Below, in pieces: positions 1 through 10,516 of a stretch of DNA of 64,000 nucleotides. How positions within the stretch are numbered: the first letter of the stretch is position 1; the number at the start of each line of letters is the position of its first letter. The notes under the pieces were generated by a model. It ran no database searches, was not told the origin of the DNA, and saw only the letters and a program-made list of their open reading frames with translations. Source of the DNA: Candidatus Thorarchaeota archaeon (GTDB taxonomy: Archaea; Asgardarchaeota; Thorarchaeia; Thorarchaeales; Thorarchaeaceae); contig JAWOEX010000019.1 of NCBI GenBank assembly GCA_046482545.1, forward strand, positions 1 to 64,000, given 5' to 3'. Position numbers and translations under genes: made by a program.

Positions 1-629
1 CTCCTTCTGATACTCCAGCTTTGTCTCATTAATTTTTGTACCCGTTTCAGAGCCATTTACGGAGTTGGTCTCAATCACCGATAAGAGGTGATTAGAATAT
101 GATTGATTGGCGAATTTGAGAGAATAGTCGATAGTGTAATTGAGAGTCAAATCATCTACCGAATGTATTCTCTGAGTAGGGAGGTCCTCCATAAAGATGT
201 CTGTATTGAGCACGCTCGGTTCGTAATTTACCAGGATAATATTAACGGTCCAATGGCGTCTAATTTGTTCATTGCCTTGTGCCAAATGATACCGGTTGGC
301 GAGATTCGAGTTGTGGCTAGGACACGACGGCCACTGAATCAATGATATTGTCATTACTAAGAGGATTAGTAAGTCACGACGCATAGATACATTCACACCT
401 CTTCGGATATTAACCCAGTGATAATTCAAGTACCCCCAACTGATACTGAAGCTAGGTTTGAACTTGTTTCCAGTTGAGAAACTCATGAGTAGATACGATA
501 GTAACGTAAGTTATTCTAAGATTCAACGCCCAAAAAGAATTTCTGTTAACCCTCCAGAAGGTTCGGGAAGCGAGCAACTAATGCGCTAGCACTACAGTAT
601 TTATGGATTGATACAGTCTTTCTACTACC

Positions 630-1757
630 ATGCCCAAGTGCTATGAAGACTACATCCTCCAAGTAGAGAATCTGAAAGCGTATTATACTTCGAAGAGAGG
701 GCTTCTCAAAGCTGTCGACGATGTATCTTTCGGAATCAAACGTGGTGAGGCGGTCGGTCTGTTTGGCGAATCAGGTGCTGGGAAGACCTCTGTTGCCCTT
801 GCCATTCTTGGTATTTTTGATAGGCTTTCTAGGTACTACGCGTCTACTTCTGGACATGAGGAGAACAAAGATCTATGGAAAATGAGGGACGAAGCAAGAG
901 AGAAGGGACTCAATTCAAATGACCTGGGGCGCGAGCTTCCCGGAGTTGAAGGCCATATCTGGTTCAAGGGAGAAGACCTTGTGGGACTTGATGAGAAAGA
1001 ATACCGGGAGATACGTGGGGATGACATCACATATGTGCCGCAGGGCACGAGAAAATCAATGAATCCATATACACAGATAGAGCTTCAGACAGCCGAAGCC
1101 CTTTGGGCTCATGATGAAGATGAGATTCTATTTGAATACGAAGTTGCCCGAAGAGTGCTGGAAGTTCTGGATCTCGTCGAGCTAGCAGACCCAGATATGC
1201 GTAAGAGTCTGAAGCCCAGTGAGTTTTCGGTAGGTGAAGACCAACGTATTCTAATAGCAATGGCACTTGTAACAAAACCCTTACTGCTTATCGCGGATGA
1301 ACCGACTACTTCTGTGGACGTTGGGATTCAAAACCGTATACTTGAAGCCATTAGACTTGCACAGGAAAAGCTGGATCTCTCTATGCTGCTCATCAGCAAC
1401 GATCAAGGGTTGATTGCTGACACCAGTGACAGGGTAGCCGTAATGTCAGCTGGGAGAATCATGGAGTTTGGAGATACAGAGAGAGTATTGAAAACACCAG
1501 GGCATCCGTTTACACGGGCGTTTATCATGAGCAATCCGCCATTAGAGATGATGAGGCGTATAAGAGAAAAAGGAATGCGTATACGAGGAATCCCCGGTAA
1601 ACCCCCAGATATGACCAATCCCCCTTCGGGTTGTCCATTTCATCCTCGCTGTAAATACAGCAAGGACATATGCGAGGAACAAGTTCCAGAGTATAGGGAG
1701 GTGGAGCCGGGATATTGGATATTCTGCCACCGCTACGAGGAACTACCGGAGTTCTGA
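630..1757 (+). CDS. Oligopeptide/dipeptide ABC transporter ATP-binding protein (OppD/DppD-like)
   Basis: Walker A GESGAGKT, Walker B LLIADEPT, C-terminal GCPFHPRC..C..C Fe-S motif; degenerate signature FSVGEDQR. Confidence 0.9.
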   Translation: MPKCYEDYILQVENLKAYYTSKRGLLKAVDDVSFGIKRGEAVGLFGESGAGKTSVALAILGIFDRLSRYYASTSGHEENKDLWKMRDEAREKGLNSNDLGRELPGVEGHIWFKGEDLVGLDEKEYREIRGDDITYVPQGTRKSMNPYTQIELQTAEALWAHDEDEILFEYEVARRVLEVLDLVELADPDMRKSLKPSEFSVGEDQRILIAMALVTKPLLLIADEPTTSVDVGIQNRILEAIRLAQEKLDLSMLLISNDQGLIADTSDRVAVMSAGRIMEFGDTERVLKTPGHPFTRAFIMSNPPLEMMRRIREKGMRIRGIPGKPPDMTNPPSGCPFHPRCKYSKDICEEQVPEYREVEPGYWIFCHRYEELPEF

Positions 1758-1778
1758 GTCGAGTCAATGGGCACCAGT

Positions 1779-3005
1779 TTAATCCTCAGATTCCGGTTTT
1801 TCTAGTGTCTCTAATTCATATTCTCTAGACCCAAGACCCATCTTCTCTGCATGAGAAAGCTGTATATCGGCAAGACGCAATAGTTCACCGGTGTCATCGT
1901 CTTTGCATTCGTGTACATGTGCAAACTTAGGCTCACCACATTCGAGGTCGGCCGCGTCAGACTCTGGGTTCGGTTCTGCGTCGTTTATGGCATCGAGACT
2001 CGCTTGGTCTACAGCTACGGGGTCCTTGGAGCCGAATATTCCAATATCGTGTACCAGAAGCGGCGCACCAACATTCCAACAGTCACATTTGTCGGAAATG
2101 TCAATTGCAAGATTGATATAGTAGAACCTGTCTCGCCCAATTGAATCTACAACACCAAGGGCATTTTCAACAAATCGAGGGGACTGTTCAGGATTTGGTC
2201 GCCATTTGACCTTGACTGCTTTGGCTTCAACCACATTCGAGCATACAGACCGGCAATGGCCACATGAAATGCATTCCGCAGTATCAATCACAGCTGTTTC
2301 TCCATCCATAGTGATACAACGTGGAGGACAGACTTCGATACACTCGCCACACTCAGGGCCCAAGCATTTCTCAGGGTCTATCGATACTTCGCCCATGTGG
2401 TGCATAGCCGCCTTACCCCTTTTGCCAACAAGACCAATTCCGAGGTTTTTCAGCGAACCACCTATGCCGCTGAGCCCATGCCCTTTGGCATGAGTTAGCA
2501 TAATCACGATGTCGGTGTCAAACAATGCGGCTGCAACGTCTACTTCTTTGACAAATTCGCCATCTATTTCTACCGTGTGAACATCTGTTCCCCAATAGCC
2601 GTCGGCCATAATCATAGGAGCTCCTACTGTGGCTGGGCTATAACCGTTCTTGAGAGCCATCCCCAAATACTCTACTGCGGTTGTCCTTCCGCCATAGATT
2701 CCGGCTGTACCATATCCGAGTCCACAGGTCTCAGCCACGAAGGGGATACCACCGCTTTCCCGCACCAACTCCACAACCTTTCGGACGTAGGCTGGACGAA
2801 TGTAGTTAGTATTGCCATATTGGCCGAAGTGTGTCTTCACCATGACTTTGCTTCCGTTTTCGATGGCATCATCAAGCCCTAAGAACCGGTATATCTGCTC
2901 AAGCTTATCGAGCATATTGTAGTCAGAAGTCGCTTTTCGATCAGTAAAGAGAACTTGAGATTTGGACAATCGCATTCCCACCTTGTTCGGTCTGAATTTT
3001 ATCAA
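1779..3005 (-). CDS. DUF362 family Fe-S protein with 2x[4Fe-4S] ferredoxin domain
   Basis: VKTHFG, HAKGH..GGSLKNLG, CxxCxxxCP and CISCGHC motifs, CDC near C-terminus; true start probably slightly downstream. Confidence 0.85.
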   Translation of the reverse strand: MIKFRPNKVGMRLSKSQVLFTDRKATSDYNMLDKLEQIYRFLGLDDAIENGSKVMVKTHFGQYGNTNYIRPAYVRKVVELVRESGGIPFVAETCGLGYGTAGIYGGRTTAVEYLGMALKNGYSPATVGAPMIMADGYWGTDVHTVEIDGEFVKEVDVAAALFDTDIVIMLTHAKGHGLSGIGGSLKNLGIGLVGKRGKAAMHHMGEVSIDPEKCLGPECGECIEVCPPRCITMDGETAVIDTAECISCGHCRSVCSNVVEAKAVKVKWRPNPEQSPRFVENALGVVDSIGRDRFYYINLAIDISDKCDCWNVGAPLLVHDIGIFGSKDPVAVDQASLDAINDAEPNPESDAADLECGEPKFAHVHECKDDDTGELLRLADIQLSHAEKMGLGSREYELETLEKPESED

Positions 3006-3079
3006 CCCCTCATTAACTCATCGGTAAGCGATATGTTACCTTAGTCAATACCGTTTTAATGTCAGAGTAACCCATTCTG

Positions 3080-4171
3080 ATGTTTATGGTGCATACCATG
3101 CCCAACGACGATGTGCTGCTTCGTGTTGAGAACCTTAGAGCCTACTATCCTTCGAAGAAGGGGCTCATTCGTGCGGTTGATGATGTCTCATTCGAAGTGA
3201 AAGAAGGTGAATGCCTTGGTCTATTGGGTGAGAGTGGATGTGGAAAATCGTCCCTCGCTCTAGCAGTCTTGGGGCTGTTTGAAAAGATAGCAAGATTCGA
3301 AGCTGGTGCATCGAACATTCCCGGGTTGCGAGAAAGATTTGATGAAGAAGGTAACGAGAGATCAGGAGTCCATGGGAAGGTATTCTTTAGGGGCAAGGAG
3401 CTAACAGCCCTCCCTGAAGATGAATTGGTCAAGATTCGTGGCGAAGAGATAACACTCATCCCTCAAGGTCTTGGTCATGCTCTTAATCCTCAATATAGCG
3501 TCGGCATGCAGGCAGGTGAACCAGTTGAAATCCATAAAGAAGACGTGAGACTTCCTGAGCTCAAGAAGCAGGTGCTTGAGTGTCTCGACTTGGTACAGCT
3601 CCCAGACTCAGGGACTCGATTCGTACTTGACCCAGGTAGCTTCAGTGGTGGAGAAGCTCAGAGAATACTTATCGCTATGTCCATAATTTCCGGTCCGTAC
3701 CTTGTCATTGCAGACGAACCAACATCTGCACTCGATGTGACTATTCAGCGGCAGATTCTTGATGTTCTCGAGATGATTCGCGACGACTTTGATGTCTCCA
3801 CCCTTCTGATTAGTCATGATGCCGGTGTGATAGCAGACTTGGCTGATCGGGTGGCCGTGATGTACGCAGGAAAGATTATGGAACTGGGTGATGCAGTTCA
3901 AATATATCATGAACCCGCCCATCCATATACGAGGGGGCTGATGGCGTCATATCCAAGAATAGCTATGATGCAGATGAAAGAGGGAAAAGAAAGGCCAAGG
4001 CTTCGTGGAATACAGGGGAATCCACCGGAACCAACCAACATACCTTCGGGTTGTCCCTTTCATCCGAGATGCGAATTTGCAATTGGCCAATGCAGCACAG
4101 ATGTGCCAGAGTATCGTGAAGTAGAACAAGGACATTTTATTCGATGCATACGCTGGGAAGAACTGAATTGA
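3080..4171 (+). CDS. Oligopeptide/dipeptide ABC transporter ATP-binding protein (OppD/DppD-like)
   Basis: GESGCGKS, FSGGEAQR, IADEPTSALD, GCPFHPRC. Confidence 0.9.
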   Translation: MFMVHTMPNDDVLLRVENLRAYYPSKKGLIRAVDDVSFEVKEGECLGLLGESGCGKSSLALAVLGLFEKIARFEAGASNIPGLRERFDEEGNERSGVHGKVFFRGKELTALPEDELVKIRGEEITLIPQGLGHALNPQYSVGMQAGEPVEIHKEDVRLPELKKQVLECLDLVQLPDSGTRFVLDPGSFSGGEAQRILIAMSIISGPYLVIADEPTSALDVTIQRQILDVLEMIRDDFDVSTLLISHDAGVIADLADRVAVMYAGKIMELGDAVQIYHEPAHPYTRGLMASYPRIAMMQMKEGKERPRLRGIQGNPPEPTNIPSGCPFHPRCEFAIGQCSTDVPEYREVEQGHFIRCIRWEELN

Positions 4172-4182
4172 AATGAAAAGGT

Positions 4183-4205
4183 GTGGGCGCCTGCCAAGCG
4201 CCCAC
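4183..4205. terminator. GC-rich hairpin, probable terminator
   Basis: GTGGGCGC-ctgccaa-GCGCCCAC 8-bp stem just after the 4171 stop; followed by a short T run on the minus strand. Confidence 0.55.
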
Positions 4206-4232
4206 GTTAGCACAAATAAGAGAGCCAGTTAT

Positions 4233-4352
4233 CTAGCGGTTGGAGAATAGTGGACATCCACCTCTTGTAACATAGCCAAGACACGCTTCTAAAGCTGTGA
4301 TAATCCAGCACTCCGTTGCGCCAACCAATTTCCGTCTCCCGGCGGTTCTCAT
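4233..4352 (-). CDS. Candidate 39-aa Cys-containing small protein
   Basis: ATG..TAG ORF MRTAGRRKLVGATECWIITALEACLGYVTRGGCPLFSNR; TATA-like TATATAT ~20-25 nt upstream and hairpin downstream. Confidence 0.3.
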   Translation of the reverse strand: MRTAGRRKLVGATECWIITALEACLGYVTRGGCPLFSNR

Positions 4353-4535
4353 AAATATCATATATTCAATATATACGTTTTACTCGCATATCATTGAAAT
4401 TCTGTAAAACGCGCCAATCAGATTCTACAATGAATTCAAGTGCATCTAGTATTCCGCAGTAACGGACTTAAGGTCATCTTTTTGAGCCTACAAATATCCT
4501 CCGTATAGCATAAGACCGATTCAGAGTGTGGTACA

Positions 4536-5393
4536 TTGTCAAGTGATTACCTATTCACAAAAAAGGCAATTCGTGAATTCGAAAAGGAACATGGCATAGA
4601 AATATCGCTGAAGGGTCAGAGGCTCCAGCAAATTCAGAAAGAAGACAAGACCTATCTGTCGGTAGGAGAACTGAGAAATTTACTCCATTACACCAATGAA
4701 AGACCCCTCAGCCGTTACGTCACTGAGATGTCAAAACTGCTACAGCCAATATCGCTATCTCTTTTTGTTGTCAATGACGCACTTTGGAAAATAATGGAAA
4801 AAAAGAAACAGCACGCAGACAGGATGAATCCGATGATAACATTCCCATGGTTCCACTGGGATATGGATTCGGGGGAAGGAGACAAACATACTCAAATCAT
4901 CAGAAATGGTAAGTCCAGTGGAATAGAAGCCCTTACAGCAAAAGACAATGTGCTCACTATTGCGGGTATGGCGGGGGATTTTGCGGGCGTCTTGGAAGAA
5001 CGTATAGTAAAAGAAAATAATCGAAGGCGGCCCATCTTGATGCCAACTGGCTTTGGTTCACGAGATTTGATATCGAAGTATAATCTCGAAGCAATTGAAA
5101 TGACTGTGAACTTGAATCTCTGCGATGCACAGCTATATCCGACACCCGACCTGATTTTCGACTACCGATTCTCTGAAAACCCAGAAGATATTCACAACCA
5201 TGGACTGAAGATATCTTCAATTGGCGAAGGGGTAACTCTAAGCACAGGAGGTAAAGCGCCCGTTTCCCTTCAAGGAGCGGTTACAATATTTCTGTGTAAG
5301 CCCATGAAAGATCTTCATGATTCATCAATTCCTCTGAAATACCATCTCTGGATGATGGGTTTGTATGAGATAATAGAAAGAGCAGCTGATTGA
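4536..5393 (+). CDS. Hypothetical protein
   Basis: 285-aa ORF filling the gap; no motif recognised. Confidence 0.7.
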   Translation: MSSDYLFTKKAIREFEKEHGIEISLKGQRLQQIQKEDKTYLSVGELRNLLHYTNERPLSRYVTEMSKLLQPISLSLFVVNDALWKIMEKKKQHADRMNPMITFPWFHWDMDSGEGDKHTQIIRNGKSSGIEALTAKDNVLTIAGMAGDFAGVLEERIVKENNRRRPILMPTGFGSRDLISKYNLEAIEMTVNLNLCDAQLYPTPDLIFDYRFSENPEDIHNHGLKISSIGEGVTLSTGGKAPVSLQGAVTIFLCKPMKDLHDSSIPLKYHLWMMGLYEIIERAAD

Positions 5394-5539
5394 CTCGGAG
5401 AGGTGAACGCAATTCTCAGGCTTGAGTTTGTATAATTTCGACAATCAAAGGTCCTTGTTGCGTTCCACATCTTTATAGGAATCTCTAAAGCATCAGACAG
5501 TAGAGAGATAGTAAGGTTTCTCCGGAAGGCAACAAGACA

Positions 5540-6382
5540 ATGGAAGTTGCTCTGGCCCTATTCTTCACCGGGTGTTATGTACTTGTGCTTGCGATATGGA
5601 GATCAATGAAGCTCAACTCCTATTCCCAACTCCTCTCCCATTTTGAGGACCATTTCGATTTTGATAAGCTAAATACATCTGATAATGCCGAATATACAGA
5701 ATGCTTCTCTCACAGATGGGTAATGAAAGAAATCATGACACCACATCCAGGTAGGCTTACCGGCCTATTCCAAGACTATGTAAGAGAAAACACGCTCTCA
5801 GCATCACTCGCAATTGGCTTCATTCTTGCTTCGAGTTCTATGATTCTTGTTCTAATCCTCCTGGGAGTTGTCAGGGCTCTCGGATTTGCACTTCCTGTCT
5901 TTGCGATTGGGATGGTATTATCCTTGGGCTCGACCAGTCTGAATGAATCGGAGCAGCTTTTGAACGAGGTTCAATCGGTTTTTCCATCAGATATTGTCGT
6001 GGAAGACTATCCTTATGTTAAAATCGCATATGATACTCTAAGAAGGTGGGTTATGCTATCCGCTGCTATAGGTGTAGGTCTGTTGGTGATTTCACCTTTT
6101 GGGGAGTATGTACCAACTGTCATGGCATACATTGTTGCTCAGGCCACTCGTTTCGTTTTATGGGAACCTGCTCTCTTCTTGCTTAAGTATTCAGTAGTCC
6201 TAGCAATACTTCACCTAGCTTGTGGGATAGTCATGATTTCGTATCTGATTGTCAGGATACTCCGAGTGATAGTGTCGTTATTTGCAGGGATTCATAAACT
6301 AGCAATCAGTAAACCAATACAAGACCTATCGGAACAGAATACCCAAGAGGTAGAAAACGCCAGCCAAGAGGGCAATGAATAG
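5540..6382 (+). CDS. Hypothetical multi-pass membrane protein
   Basis: 280 aa with about 5-6 hydrophobic segments. Confidence 0.75.
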   Translation: MEVALALFFTGCYVLVLAIWRSMKLNSYSQLLSHFEDHFDFDKLNTSDNAEYTECFSHRWVMKEIMTPHPGRLTGLFQDYVRENTLSASLAIGFILASSSMILVLILLGVVRALGFALPVFAIGMVLSLGSTSLNESEQLLNEVQSVFPSDIVVEDYPYVKIAYDTLRRWVMLSAAIGVGLLVISPFGEYVPTVMAYIVAQATRFVLWEPALFLLKYSVVLAILHLACGIVMISYLIVRILRVIVSLFAGIHKLAISKPIQDLSEQNTQEVENASQEGNE

Positions 6383-6673
6383 GGAAGCAATGAGAGCTTT
6401 TTTTCCAATAAGTGCCCGGCTCCAAGAATCAACGGGTTTCCCCTCGGAATCGTATCTGTCTTCCTCCCGCAGTGGTTGCCGCCCCATCAGACATCCGCCT
6501 ACGACAAGCATGACACCGAATTCCAGCAATAGAAGATTTGAGACTCCGTAGAAGTATCCCTTCATCCCAATGAACAGGAACGGGAAGAGGGTGCAAAGGA
6601 TTGTCGCAACAGACAAAAAGGAAGCCCAAGCTATCGCTTCCAAAAACTCTTCTTTCATCGCTGTATCTATCAA
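6326..6673 (-). CDS. Small membrane protein
   Basis: Three hydrophobic segments; tandem with 6693-6902. Confidence 0.7.
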   Translation of the reverse strand: MIDTAMKEEFLEAIAWASFLSVATILCTLFPFLFIGMKGYFYGVSNLLLLEFGVMLVVGGCLMGRQPLREEDRYDSEGKPVDSWSRALIGKKALIASLFIALLAGVFYLLGILFR

Positions 6674-6692
6674 ATTGCTACCCCGTGAAATG

Positions 6693-6902
6693 CTACGGAA
6701 TTAAGGACACAAGACCAATGGCAACTAAAACTGTTACAAAAAGTGCAATGATAAGCGGGAGAAAAATCGTCTGCAAAGCTGCTATGAAGAGAGCCACATA
6801 ATCCTTACCCTCCAAAGAGACATCTCTTTTTCGGTGTTCTTCTCTGCGTACGTAGTCGTCCCAGTCGATTTCGCGTTCCGACTCTTGCTTCTCATCGTCC
6901 AT
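6693..6902 (-). CDS. Small membrane protein
   Basis: Charged N-terminus plus hydrophobic C-terminus (LEGKDYVALFIAALQTIFLP). Confidence 0.7.
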   Translation of the reverse strand: MDDEKQESEREIDWDDYVRREEHRKRDVSLEGKDYVALFIAALQTIFLPLIIALFVTVLVAIGLVSLIP

Positions 6903-6969
6903 GCGGGCACAGCCTTTGTAATGTCGCCAAGAGTAACCCTAGTGTTCTGTTTGAGTAATGCATGAGCGC

Positions 6970-7992
6970 TCAAGAACTTTGCTCTGCCTTGGCAAATCTC
7001 TGTTGAGCGCTTACTCCAAATTCCAAATCTGGAGCAAAATGGCATTTAACGAGATGTCCGTCACCAACATCACGTAGCTCTGGCTCCTCCTCTTTACAAA
7101 TATCCTTAGCGAATTCACAGCGTGGATGAAAACGACAGCCCTTCGGTGGACTGATAGGAGTCGGCACTTCTCCTTTGAGTATCTGAGCTCGACCTGCATA
7201 TTCGGGGTTAGGTATAGGTACTGCTGACACTAGAGCAAACGAGTATGGATGCAAAGGATTTCTGAAGATGTCTCTGGGAGTCAGTTCCACTATCTGACCC
7301 AGATACATAACGGCGATTCTATCGCTCATATGTTTCACAACTGAAAGATCATGAGAGATGAACATATAGGTCAGATCAAACTCTTTCTGCAAATCTTTCA
7401 TCAGATTCAAGGATTGCGCCTGAACAGATACGTCAGTGCTAGACGTTGGTTCATCCATGACAATGAAATCAGGATTCAGTGCAAGTGCCCTAGCTATACA
7501 AATCCTCTGACGCTGGCCACCACTAAACTCGTGAGGAAATCGATTCAGGTGGTCTTCTGTTAGACCCACCTTTCGGAGCAGCTCGAGCACCATGTCTCGC
7601 ATCTTTGGTCCCCGTGCGATACCATTCACAACAAGAGGTTCACCAACGGAATTCTTTATGGTAACGCGGGGGTCAAGTGAAGCCATAGGATCTTGGAAGA
7701 CAATACCCATCTTGCTTCTAAGCTTACGCAAATCTCTTCCGGAGATGTGAGTTATGTCTTCACCTTGAAATATGATTTTGCCTCCGGTCGGCTCAATGAG
7801 ACGCAACATCGTTCTTCCAAGTGTGGTCTTTCCACAGCCTGATTCACCAACAAGACCCATGGTCTCTCCTTTCTTTATCTCAAAGGAAACACCATCGACC
7901 GCGTGAACTTGGCCTACAACAGAACGGAAAACACCGCCTGTTAGGGGGAAATACTTTTCGAGGTCTTCGACTTCAATGAGTGTTTCAGTCAT
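6970..7992 (-). CDS. oppF: Oligopeptide ABC transporter ATP-binding protein OppF/AppF
   Basis: [31 protein letters not shown]; start taken at MTETL, 2 nt after the upstream stop. Confidence 0.9.
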   Translation of the reverse strand: MTETLIEVEDLEKYFPLTGGVFRSVVGQVHAVDGVSFEIKKGETMGLVGESGCGKTTLGRTMLRLIEPTGGKIIFQGEDITHISGRDLRKLRSKMGIVFQDPMASLDPRVTIKNSVGEPLVVNGIARGPKMRDMVLELLRKVGLTEDHLNRFPHEFSGGQRQRICIARALALNPDFIVMDEPTSSTDVSVQAQSLNLMKDLQKEFDLTYMFISHDLSVVKHMSDRIAVMYLGQIVELTPRDIFRNPLHPYSFALVSAVPIPNPEYAGRAQILKGEVPTPISPPKGCRFHPRCEFAKDICKEEEPELRDVGDGHLVKCHFAPDLEFGVSAQQRFAKAEQSS

Positions 7993-7993
7993 T

Positions 7994-9166
7994 CTATTTC
8001 TCCTCCTGTTGGTCTTCCAAAGGATGATGACAAGCAACCCAGTGGTCAGGTCCAAGTTCCCGAAGCTCTGGTTTCTCTTGTCTACAAATTTCAGTAGCAT
8101 AGTCACATCGAGGGTGAAAACGACATCCCGGCGGTGGCTCAATCAGATTTGGAACTGTTCCTGAAATCTGAGGTAGTCTTTCACGATCTTCGTGGAGCTT
8201 AGGAATCGCCTTCAGGAGCCCGGTTGTATAAGGATGAAGAGGATTCTCAAAAAGCTCTTTTGTGCTGGCGGTTTCAACGGTATTGCCAGCATACATAACG
8301 GTAACCCAGTCACAGGTTTCGGCCACGACACCCAAGTCGTGAGTTATTATGATGATGGAAGATCCAATCTCTTTCTTGAGATCATTGAGCAAATCGAGCA
8401 CTTGAGCCTGAACCGTGACATCAAGCGCTGTAGTAGCTTCATCGGCAATGAGGATGCTCGGATTGCATGATATAGCCATAGCAATAAGTGCTCTCTGACG
8501 CATCCCACCAGAAAGCTCATGGGGGTATTGATTAGCCACTTTTTCAGGGCTCGGTATTCTTACTATCTCTAGTATCCTAATGGCTTCTCTCTTTGCAGCC
8601 TTCTTGGCATCCTTTTCATCCGGTTCTGGAGGGTCATCTAGCTGCGATTCATAATGTTCTATTTTCGCTTTGATTTCAGAGCGCCTCTCATCTGGAATGT
8701 CGCCCTCAAGAGCTTCCTCTAAATTCTCGATCTTCATTTCCAGAACATCGCGTGAAAGGTCCTGATGCAGGTTGACTACTTCGGCTATCTGGTCGCCTAT
8801 TCGAAAGACTGGATTCGGAAAAGTTGCCGGGTCCTGAAATACAATAGCAATCCTTCTACCGCGGATTTTAAGCATTTCATCGCTAGCGAGGTCAAGAATA
8901 GGTATCTCTGTTATTTCTCCCGTTTCCTTATCTTTGTCGTAGAACCGCACTGAACCTTCTTCGATTACGCCAGGCGCTTCCACAATCCGGAGAATGGATC
9001 GTGCAGTAACCGATTTTCCACAGCCAGTTTCGCCCACAAGTCCCATGGTATCTCCCCTTCTCAGGAACATCTCAACACCATCTAGAGCTTTTACGACTCC
9101 TTCGTATGTATAGAAATTGGTCTTCAGATTACGAACTTCAAGTACTAGGTCATGAGGTGTCGTCAT
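7994..9166 (-). CDS. oppD: Oligopeptide ABC transporter ATP-binding protein OppD/DppD
   Basis: GETGCGKS, LSGGMRQR, IADEATTALD; ~50-aa helical insertion. Confidence 0.9.
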   Translation of the reverse strand: MTTPHDLVLEVRNLKTNFYTYEGVVKALDGVEMFLRRGDTMGLVGETGCGKSVTARSILRIVEAPGVIEEGSVRFYDKDKETGEITEIPILDLASDEMLKIRGRRIAIVFQDPATFPNPVFRIGDQIAEVVNLHQDLSRDVLEMKIENLEEALEGDIPDERRSEIKAKIEHYESQLDDPPEPDEKDAKKAAKREAIRILEIVRIPSPEKVANQYPHELSGGMRQRALIAMAISCNPSILIADEATTALDVTVQAQVLDLLNDLKKEIGSSIIIITHDLGVVAETCDWVTVMYAGNTVETASTKELFENPLHPYTTGLLKAIPKLHEDRERLPQISGTVPNLIEPPPGCRFHPRCDYATEICRQEKPELRELGPDHWVACHHPLEDQQEEK

Positions 9167-9170
9167 TGTC

Positions 9171-10505
9171 CTACCTCCGTCTCAGCTTAGGATCAAGAAT
9201 GTCTCTAATACCGTCACCCACTAGATTGAAAGCTAATGACGTTATTAGGATGGCCATGCCTGGGAAGAAAACAGGCCATATATTCGAAGTGAAATACAAT
9301 TGTCCAATCGAAATCATATATCCCCACTCAGCTACCCCAGCAGGTGGACCGAACCCAATAAACGAAAGACCAGCGGCTGTCAGAAGTACTGCACCAGTAT
9401 CCATTGTAGCTTGCACAATCAGGGGTTGAATGGTATTTGGAATAATATGAAACAGTATGATTCTGGTGTCACGGGCACCCACAGACCTAGCCGCTTCGAC
9501 ATAGAGTTTTTCTCGTTCAGCTAGTACCTGACCCCGTACTAGGCGAGCGTAGGTGGGCCACCACGTAGCCATGAGAGCAATTGAGATATTGGTCATGCTC
9601 CGCTCTCCCATCGCCATGACGATTGCCATTGCGAGAACCAATCCAGGAAAAGCAAAGAAAATATCTGTTACTCTCATGATGACTTCGTCTATGGCTCCTC
9701 CGAAATAACCCGCAATTGCACCCAGACCAACACCAACAATTATAGCGACAAAGACCACAGTAATGCATATTGTAAGGTCCAGTTGCGCCGCCCAAAGAAT
9801 CCGACTGAAGATGTCTCCTCCGGTATCGTCAGTTCCCCAGAAATGTACAGGTCGATTAGACAAAGTACTATCAGACATTGGAGGCAGATTGGTATCTGCC
9901 CAAATGCGCTCCTCAGGACCGTATGGTGCGAGCCAAGGAGCAGCTATAGCCCCAGAGACGATAATGATGATTACAACCAGGCCAATCAAAACAAGGGGGC
10001 TCTTTCTGATTAGGTGAAGACTGTAACGAAACTCTCTCAATCGAGGTTTCATATCTTCAACGAAGCTTGGAATCCAGAATCTCCTCACTTCAGGCTGGAA
10101 TAACGAGAGGATAGAAACAGCTGCGAGGATAGCGAGATACGCACCTAATGGAAAAGGAAGTGTCAGAAAGATAACTACCAAGATGATGTTGACATATAGG
10201 CTAGTTGAAAATGGCCAAACCTCTTTTTCTAAGAGATTAACTGCTACGCTGGTACCCACGATGCCCAAACCAAGAGAAATCACTCCTTGGATTGCCCAAG
10301 CCGCAAACAACGGGTCACCTCTTTCAGTTACTAGTAGTCCCGTGAAATAGGCAGTTAGCTGCGTAACAACAATGATGCCACCGAGCATGAGAGCAGTAGA
10401 CGCCAGAATCATCTCAAAGATACCAGCCAGCTGAAACTGCCTGCTAAGTTCACCAAACTTTACTTTCTCGAGTGGCTTATTCTGATTCTCATTCATTGAT
10501 TCCAT
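9171..10505 (-). CDS. oppC: Oligopeptide ABC permease OppC/DppC with N-terminal membrane extension
   Basis: HFWGTDDTGGDIFSR, EAARSVGA loop, GDGIRDILDP. Confidence 0.9.
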   Translation of the reverse strand: MESMNENQNKPLEKVKFGELSRQFQLAGIFEMILASTALMLGGIIVVTQLTAYFTGLLVTERGDPLFAAWAIQGVISLGLGIVGTSVAVNLLEKEVWPFSTSLYVNIILVVIFLTLPFPLGAYLAILAAVSILSLFQPEVRRFWIPSFVEDMKPRLREFRYSLHLIRKSPLVLIGLVVIIIIVSGAIAAPWLAPYGPEERIWADTNLPPMSDSTLSNRPVHFWGTDDTGGDIFSRILWAAQLDLTICITVVFVAIIVGVGLGAIAGYFGGAIDEVIMRVTDIFFAFPGLVLAMAIVMAMGERSMTNISIALMATWWPTYARLVRGQVLAEREKLYVEAARSVGARDTRIILFHIIPNTIQPLIVQATMDTGAVLLTAAGLSFIGFGPPAGVAEWGYMISIGQLYFTSNIWPVFFPGMAILITSLAFNLVGDGIRDILDPKLRRR

Positions 10506-10516
10506 ATTCTCAAAAC

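Noticed and set aside
103-345. 80-aa ORF at the window start
   Set aside because: No motif or SD, and atypical composition.
310-385. Faint similarity to the repeat core (GGCTAGGACACGACGGCC; GTCACGACGCA)
   Set aside because: Short, not colinear with other blocks, and no end motifs. Likely chance.
7993-8142. N-terminal extensions of OppF (to 8142), AlaX (from 27236) and the 60354 ORF (to 61403)
   Set aside because: They overlap neighbouring genes; internal ATGs fit better.
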